Below, piece after piece: positions 6,477-11,342 of a DNA stretch of 11,342 bases. The notes under the pieces are model-generated. The model was not told the DNA's origin, did no database searches, and saw only the letters and a program-made list of their open reading frames with translations. Position numbers and translations under genes: made by a program. Within the stretch, counting starts at the first letter, position 1. The number at the start of each line of letters is the position of its first letter. This stretch comes from Prasinococcaceae sp. CCMP 1430. Taxonomy: Eukaryota > Plantae > Prasinodermophyta. The stretch covers positions 1,161,032 through 1,172,373 of the forward strand of contig RQSC01000028.1 of NCBI GenBank assembly GCA_013416795.1, written 5' to 3'.

Positions 6477-6689
6477 ATGTCGGCCATCTTCGACTTCCGC
6501 AGCCTGCTCGTATGCGGCCTGCTGTTTGTGTGCACATGCACATACGTCAAGGCGCGCGCGCCGCAACTCGTGAGCGCCAAGACGGGCGTGCGTGGCCTCT
6601 TCTGGAAGGCCGCGCGCATCGGCGAGCGCAAGAGCTGGCTGGTGGCCATCGCGTGTGTGGCCGTCGCGCTGCACATGCTGCTCTTCTAG
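6477..6689 (+). CDS. TMEM167: Protein kish (TMEM167 family), small Golgi/secretory membrane protein, 70 aa, intronless
   Basis: MSAIFDFRSLL..LLFVCTCTYVK...KTGVRGLFWKAARIGER.S matches the kish signature (MSA.FNF.S.L...LL.ICTC.Y ... G.FWK.ARIGER); gccATG context, TAG stop. Confidence 0.95.
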   Translation: MSAIFDFRSLLVCGLLFVCTCTYVKARAPQLVSAKTGVRGLFWKAARIGERKSWLVAIACVAVALHMLLF

Positions 6690-6816
6690 CGCGACGGAAC
6701 CAGGTGGAAAGCCGCGCGGCCCCGGGTGCGCGCCGAGTCCCGCGGCTCCGCGCGCGCGCTGCGCCGCTCCCCCGCTGAGATGCGGCTGCCCTGGGTTGCA
6801 TGCGCGCGCGCAGCGC

Positions 6817-7143
6817 ATGCCCTGCGTAACCGTGTACATTACCGACACGCCAGCGCCTACCCCTCTGCCCTCGTACCATCTTGTGCGCGCGGCACTCGCT
6901 CCGACCGCCAAAATCGTCGAAGCAGCGCGCACGCGGTGCGCTCGCAGCGGGCCCAACTCGGCGACACGTCGCGCGCCGGGCGCGCGCTCGTGCGCCGCAC
7001 AGCTCCTCAGCGAGCGCGCGAGCGCTCTCGCCGTGCCATCCCCCAGCGAGGGCCTCTCCGTGGCGCCTCCCAGCCGCTTGCGAGCGTGTGGCCTGCCAGG
7101 TGGTGCGGTACATGTGCGAGGGTGTGGATGTGGGTTAAGGTAA
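6817..7143 (+). CDS. Uncharacterised 108-aa protein, possibly beta-grasp/ubiquitin-like fold
   Basis: ATG 6817 (cgcATG) to TAA 7141-7143. The sequence MPCVTVYITD...SYHLVRAALAPTAKIVEAARTRC...GLSVAPPSRLRACGLPGGAVHV is non-repetitive and looks globular. It fills the otherwise empty 540 bp between kish and the CRAL-TRIO gene, and the stretch lacks the simple repeats of local non-coding DNA. Confidence 0.55.
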   Translation: MPCVTVYITDTPAPTPLPSYHLVRAALAPTAKIVEAARTRCARSGPNSATRRAPGARSCAAQLLSERASALAVPSPSEGLSVAPPSRLRACGLPGGAVHVRGCGCGLR

Positions 7144-7166
7144 TGGTGCGGTGTCACAATATGTTA

Positions 7167-7171
7167 TTACA
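7167..7171 (-). terminator. TGTAA green-algal polyadenylation signal for the CRAL-TRIO gene
   Basis: Plus-strand TTACA about 58 nt past the stop codon, in an AT-rich patch. UGUAA is the established chlorophyte poly(A) signal. Confidence 0.55.
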
Positions 7172-7228
7172 GTCTAGGACTAGTGGGCAATGTGCCCACG
7201 AATGCCTCCACGTGCCAGCCCACTCTTG

Positions 7229-8350
7229 TTAGCCCCTCTCCCTCCCCGCCAGCTTCTTCGCCGCGCGCGACATGAGCTCTGGAGGCCTCAGCGCGTCCTT
7301 GGCCACCCCGTCCAGTATGCTGACGCCCGTAGAGCAGTACAGCCTGCCCGGCCTCGTGAAGGGCCGCACAAACGCCGCTATGAGGCGCCCGAAAATGGGC
7401 ATGCGCACGAGCCTGATGGACTTCGTGAACTCCGGGTAGTTGTCGTTGAGCGTGCTGAGCATAGACGACAAAGCCGCGCGCGAGCGGCTCGTCGTGATGA
7501 TTCGTAGCGGTGCGTTTCTCAGGTCATGCACTTGAACGAACGTGTCGGTCGGCTCGCCGAAGGCAACCTGGCGCACGTGGTCCTCCATCCTTTCGATGCG
7601 CCAACGCTGAAATGACGCGCAGCGCGACTGGTTGCCGAAGACAGCATCGAAGGCCTCACTCGTTTCGAGCGCGCCCACGTGCCCGTAGATGATCAGCCTG
7701 CCCTCGGGATCCCTGCCCCTGGTGTAGCACGTGCGCGGCAGTACCTCTCTTGCCAACGCCACCAGGGGGTCCGCGCGTGGGTGCTCATCTGTGGGCGGAA
7801 GCTTCGGCGACGAGCCGTCATCCCCCAGGAATTCTGCGCGCCAGTGCAGCGCCTTGCTGAACATGGCGCACGCGGCCGCCGTCGACGTCGGCCGCGCGTT
7901 GACGAATTTGCCTAGCACACCGTACGACTCGGGCGAGTAAGCGAGCACGTCGATGCCCCACACGTACAGCTCGCCCTCCGGCGCAACGCGCTCCCCGCGC
8001 TCCACGCGCTCGGAGCGGTGTCGCACGGCGATCCATCGCACTTGGTCGCACGCGGCGAGCTCGCGCGCCGTCCACGCCCCCACGTAAGGCCCCAAGTCCG
8101 CGCGTTGTGCCTCGACCGCATCGTGGAATGCGTCGGGCCCGAGGGCGTCTTCTCCCTCGTGGTGCTGCAGGCTCTGCTGCTGCCGCAAGAGCTGCGATTG
8201 TGACTGCCGCTGCTCTCGCTGCTGCTGCCGCTGCTGCTGGGGGCGGTGTGGGTGGGGGTGCTTCGTGACATCCGCGTGCCCGTCCGCGCCGCCGCCGCCG
8301 CCGCCGCCGCCGCCCGCTGCAACCCCCCCGCCGGTGCCCCCTGCGTCCGC
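7229..8350 (-). CDS. SEC14/CRAL-TRIO lipid-transfer protein, patellin/SFH5-like, no GOLD domain; 5' end unresolved
   Basis: LYVWGIDVL, LGKFVNAR...MFSKALHWR (CRAL-TRIO N), GRDPEGRLIIYG, FQRWRIERME, FVQVHDLRNAP, LNDNYPEF. The frame stays open upstream of the track's TTG (8188) through a Gly/His/Gln-rich stretch to the N at 8353. There is no in-frame ATG before the conserved domain. Confidence 0.85.
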   Translation of the reverse strand, partial: ADAGGTGGGVAAGGGGGGGGGADGHADVTKHPHPHRPQQQRQQQREQRQSQSQLLRQQQSLQHHEGEDALGPDAFHDAVEAQRADLGPYVGAWTARELAACDQVRWIAVRHRSERVERGERVAPEGELYVWGIDVLAYSPESYGVLGKFVNARPTSTAAACAMFSKALHWRAEFLGDDGSSPKLPPTDEHPRADPLVALAREVLPRTCYTRGRDPEGRLIIYGHVGALETSEAFDAVFGNQSRCASFQRWRIERMEDHVRQVAFGEPTDTFVQVHDLRNAPLRIITTSRSRAALSSMLSTLNDNYPEFTKSIRLVRMPIFGRLIAAFVRPFTRPGRLYCSTGVSILDGVAKDALRPPELMSRAAKKLAGRERG

Positions 8351-8352
8351 TC

Positions 8353-8353
8353 N
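8353..8353. other. Single ambiguous base N, probable contig join or collapsed gap
   Basis: The only N in the window. Two divergent coding frames run up to it with no promoter-like spacer. Confidence 0.6.
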
Positions 8354-10009
8354 GCTGCGGCGGAGAAGGCCCTGGAAGCCGCACGCGGTGCCGCCGTGGG
8401 CGCCCCGCGGAAGCGCATTGGCAGTGACATGAAGTCCTCCGCAGATGCATCGGCGGCGCTGGCGACCTTAGCCGACAAGCTCGTCGCGTCCGCGGTGGAC
8501 GTCGCTTCGGCGAAGGAGGCACGCGGGGCGCTGGAGAGGCGCGCTGAAGCAGCTGAGCGTGAGCTTGCGGAGGCGCTTGAGCGCACAGCCGCGCTTGAGG
8601 CCGCAGCATCGAAGGCATCCAAGCGCGTCAGCCTGTGCATGACAGGAACGCCAACGCCCAAGGTGCACCCGCAGAGCAGCACGTCTCCTTTGATTGGTAT
8701 GCGCACGCCTGGTCCCGCAGCCGCCCCTTCGGCCGATGACTCGGAGGAGCTAGCTGCACTCGGGCGCGACGTGCGCGCTAGTGTCATGGCTGCAGGCGGC
8801 TTGTTTGCCCAGGGCCTCGAGGAGGCGCTTGCGACGCCGTCCGTGCCTCCCGGTACAACCGGCCGCCGCGGATCAGTCTTCGAGCACCCGTCTGAAGAGG
8901 AGGCTGAAGGCGAGGCGGATGCGGAGGGTGAGCTGGAAGACGAAGACGTCACCGACATCGAGGAGTCAGACAGTGACGACACCATCGAAGACCCCAGCGA
9001 TGAGGAGTGGCGCGCAACTCCGATGCACCGCCGACGTCCCGCGAAGCCCGTCTCGCATCTGCCAAACGCTGGTGCGCGCGCGACCTCTCGGATGGCCACC
9101 CGAGCGGTGGCGGCCGCGCGCCCCGAAGAGAATGCTGTGCAGAATCGTAGATACAGCTCGGAGAGCGACGGGAGCGCCGCCGGCGACTCACCGGCTAGCC
9201 TCGGCGCGAGCGATGCTTCGACAAGCTCAGGAGAAGGGGGGTCAAAAACGCGTGTGCAGCGCGCCGAGATCGTTGCGTATCTGAAGGAGAAGAAGGGCGT
9301 CACGCGTCTGCCGGCGCCCGTGGTCAACGGGACGGCCGTGTCGCTGCCCACGCTCGCCAGTGTCATCTGGGAGTTGGGTGGCCCGGCCATCGTCGAAGCC
9401 GAACGGCTATGGGATCGCGTGGCGGACAAGGTTGGGGTGGGGATGACCGGTGCACGCGCGACGGCGGCACGCGCGGCTGCTGGGGTGCACAGGGCTTATG
9501 AGCGGCACCTTGAGGACTTCTTCATGGAGTGGAACCCGCGCGAGGAGGAGGTCGCGGGAGGCGGCAAAAGCAACAAAGGCAAGCGCGATTCGGGAGGGGG
9601 GCGCAAGAGCCGCTCGAGCGACGCGAGCAACAGTAGCTCGCTTGCCAACAGGCCCTCGTGGGTGGACGTCGTGCTCACGCCCGCGACGCAAAGGACGCCC
9701 AACAACCTCACGCCAACGTCGCGCCGCAAGGAACAGATCTCTCGTGCGGCCTCCGCCGACCAGAACGCGCAGGAGCCCGTATTGACGCCGATGTCGCAGA
9801 TCAAGGGATTCGGCGGCTACCAGGAGGCCGGCCTGCGCTCGGTGCTGCGTGACGCATCCAACCACGCTACGCCTGTCACCGAAGCGCCCAGCCCTGCCAC
9901 CCAGGCGCACGTGAAGTTCTCGCAGAAGCTGAGGGCGACCGAGCCCAGCTTGACCCTCATGGGCGAGATCCACAAGACGCCCATCGGCAAGCCCGCGTGG
10001 GAGTTCTAG
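8354..10009 (+). CDS. ARID/BRIGHT-domain protein with N-terminal coiled coil, acidic tract and C-terminal D-box; 5' end uncertain (first ATG 8429)
   Basis: About 9263-9523: YLKEKKG..LPAPVVNGTAVSLPTLASVIWELGGPAIVEAERLWDRVADKVG...VHRAYERHLEDF fits the ARID pattern (P.i.G..ldL..L...V...GG...V.....W..Va..lg ... Y...L). E/A/R heptad region at about 8450-8620; TAG at 10007-10009. Confidence 0.8.
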   Translation, partial: AAAEKALEAARGAAVGAPRKRIGSDMKSSADASAALATLADKLVASAVDVASAKEARGALERRAEAAERELAEALERTAALEAAASKASKRVSLCMTGTPTPKVHPQSSTSPLIGMRTPGPAAAPSADDSEELAALGRDVRASVMAAGGLFAQGLEEALATPSVPPGTTGRRGSVFEHPSEEEAEGEADAEGELEDEDVTDIEESDSDDTIEDPSDEEWRATPMHRRRPAKPVSHLPNAGARATSRMATRAVAAARPEENAVQNRRYSSESDGSAAGDSPASLGASDASTSSGEGGSKTRVQRAEIVAYLKEKKGVTRLPAPVVNGTAVSLPTLASVIWELGGPAIVEAERLWDRVADKVGVGMTGARATAARAAAGVHRAYERHLEDFFMEWNPREEEVAGGGKSNKGKRDSGGGRKSRSSDASNSSSLANRPSWVDVVLTPATQRTPNNLTPTSRRKEQISRAASADQNAQEPVLTPMSQIKGFGGYQEAGLRSVLRDASNHATPVTEAPSPATQAHVKFSQKLRATEPSLTLMGEIHKTPIGKPAWEF

Positions 10010-10175
10010 CGCGCGGGCGCCCCGGCCGCGCTCGCTCGCGCCCGCATTCGCCAGCATGGAAAAATTTGCCAATTTGTTCACACTTGTTGTCGTCCGGCGC
10101 GGCTGTTGGCCACAGCGCGCACTTTTTGCGCGCGCGGCGTGGGACCCAGGCGCCGCGGCGGGGCGGGGCAGGGTG

Positions 10176-10427
10176 ATGGCGCCCCTGGCGGCCGGGCACG
10201 TGCGCGAGGGCTCGGCGGTCGGCGCGACGGGCCTGCGTATTGCTACGTACGCGTGGGACGCGCCCGCAGCGGCGCGTGCGCTCTCGGCGAGCAACGAAAA
10301 GGGCGGCGATAACGGAGGCGCGGCGGGTGCGGCGCCGTGTGGCGCACTCGTCGGCGCGTTCGCCGCCGTTCAATTGTGCGCATTGATTCTGATGTGTGTG
10401 TGTCACCTGAAACCATTGAGTCACTAA
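10176..10427 (+). pseudogene. Possible 5' fragment of a lysophospholipase/monoglyceride-lipase-like gene
   Basis: ATG 10176. About 60 GC3-rich codons read MAPLAAGHVREGSAVGATGLRIATYAWDAP...APCGALV, resembling the hydrolase_4 N-terminal GL.I.TY.W motif. The frame then decays into AT/GT-rich sequence and stops at 10425-10427 with no HG or GxSxG motif. Confidence 0.35.
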
Positions 10428-10655
10428 AATCGTGTCGCCTGTGGGTGTTTCAGCGTGTGTTCTCGTATGTGTGTGCTGGACTAGTTTGGCATCTGATCTT
10501 TCGTGTTGACGGTGTTGGGTGCGCTGGCCTCCGTCGCCCCGCGGCGAGCAGCAGCGAGAGCGAGTGGTGGGGGCGTGCGTGTGTGTGTGTGAGCGCGTGG
10601 GCGCGCGCGTGCGCGCGTGCGTGCGTGTCGCCCTTGGCTATGCGGCACAGCAAAG

Positions 10656-10660
10656 TTACA
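10656..10660 (-). terminator. TGTAA polyadenylation signal for the CINP-like gene
   Basis: Plus-strand TTACA starting 3 nt after the TGA stop at 10663-10665. Confidence 0.5.
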
Positions 10661-10662
10661 GC

Positions 10663-11340
10663 TCAGCTTCCCCCCGGCGAACCGCTCTTCGCTCCGCGCG
10701 GGCGCGCCCGCGCAAGCAACTCCCCGCGCGCGAGCACGCGCTCGAGCGCCCCGTCGGCCACGTGTGGCTGCAGCTCCCACGCGCCCTCGTACGCGCGCAG
10801 CGTCGCGGGCGGCACGTGCGCCCACACGTCGCGCGCGATGGCGCACTTCATCGCGCAGTCGGCGCCCAGCGCGTCCGCCGTGGCCGCCAGCGTGAGCGCC
10901 AGCTGCAGCGGGGACACGGGCGCGGGCAGCGCGTACCCTGGCTCAGGGCGCAGCGCGCACGCCGCGGGAGACAGCGGGGTACTCGTCGCGGCAGGCGGGA
11001 GCGCGGCTGCGTGGTCCGCGGGTGTGTGTGGCGTGTGCGGGTGTGGGTGCGGCGCGCGAGGTCCGTCTGCGGTGGCCAGTGGGAGTGTGCGCGCGTGTGC
11101 GTGTGCGTGCTCCGCAGCCTGAGCCTCGGCCTCAGCCTCAACGGGCAGGTCGGCGAGCGCCTGGATGGCCTCGTCGGCGAAGCCGCGCAGCTCGTCGAGA
11201 TCGGCCTCTAAGGAGTCCGCCAGCGCGCGCAGCGACGTGCCTGCGGTATCCAGAGCGCCCGCGGCGCACGCCGGCGAGCGAGCGCGGACGCCCGGGTGGG
11301 CCGCCGCAGGCGATGCGTACGCGGCCGCGCGCGGCGTGGG
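10663..11340 (-). CDS. C-terminal part of a CINP-like (CDK2-interacting protein-like) gene, truncated by the window edge
   Basis: The frame is open from the window end: ...LRALADSLEADLDELRGFADEAIQAL (helical), a His/Pro-rich linker, then ALGADCAMKCAIARDVWAH...LRAYEGAWELQPHV. This resembles from memory the CINP C-terminus (ELLLK..VA.EL....L..YLS.W..QPYV). The track shows only the last 84 aa. CDS confidence is high; family confidence is about 0.6. Confidence 0.75.
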   Translation of the reverse strand, partial: PTPRAAAYASPAAAHPGVRARSPACAAGALDTAGTSLRALADSLEADLDELRGFADEAIQALADLPVEAEAEAQAAEHAHAHARTLPLATADGPRAPHPHPHTPHTPADHAAALPPAATSTPLSPAACALRPEPGYALPAPVSPLQLALTLAATADALGADCAMKCAIARDVWAHVPPATLRAYEGAWELQPHVADGALERVLARGELLARARPRGAKSGSPGGS

Positions 11341-11342
11341 CG

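Noticed and set aside
58-11211. Most long ORFs in the six-frame track (e.g. 126-1403, 3463-4527, 4251-5273, 5021-6241, 7912-9429, 9407-10294, 10337-11122)
   Set aside because: They are shadow or antisense frames of real genes. They are Arg/Ala/Pro-rich with no domain motifs and are expected where stop codons are rare at high GC.
276-11340. Idea that the genes form a functional cluster (lipid/secretory: hydrolase, kish, CRAL-TRIO, lipase fragment; or cell cycle: ARID, CINP-like)
   Set aside because: Strands alternate, no shared regulatory motif or pathway logic is visible, and unrelated housekeeping neighbours are the norm in compact algal genomes. Conserved synteny or co-expression would be needed.

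Overview
This is eukaryotic nuclear DNA: very GC-rich (about 70% by eye), gene-dense and nearly intron-free. It is most likely a prasinophyte-grade green alga, based on a plant-type kish, a patellin-like SEC14 protein, a plant/Chlamydia-type dPGM, and TGTAA poly(A) signals after two genes. Lineage is inferred, not proven. About nine protein-coding genes alternate in strand: SDR oxidoreductase (+), plastid-targeted acidic DUF3110-like protein (-), cofactor-dependent phosphoglycerate mutase (+), alpha/beta hydrolase (-), kish (+), a 108-aa unknown (+), CRAL-TRIO/patellin-like protein (-), ARID-domain protein (+) and a 5'-truncated CINP-like gene (-). There is also a probable lysophospholipase-like gene fragment. 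I see no rRNA, tRNA, CRISPR array, transposase or co-functional gene cluster, so I cannot support a multi-gene novel system. The best leads are an SDR with His in place of the catalytic Tyr, a candidate ~240-nt structured RNA at 3190-3428, a 246-bp segment between 9-bp AT-rich direct repeats, a small possibly beta-grasp ORF, and a single N at 8353 that probably hides a collapsed assembly gap. All family assignments come from motif recognition, not database searches.
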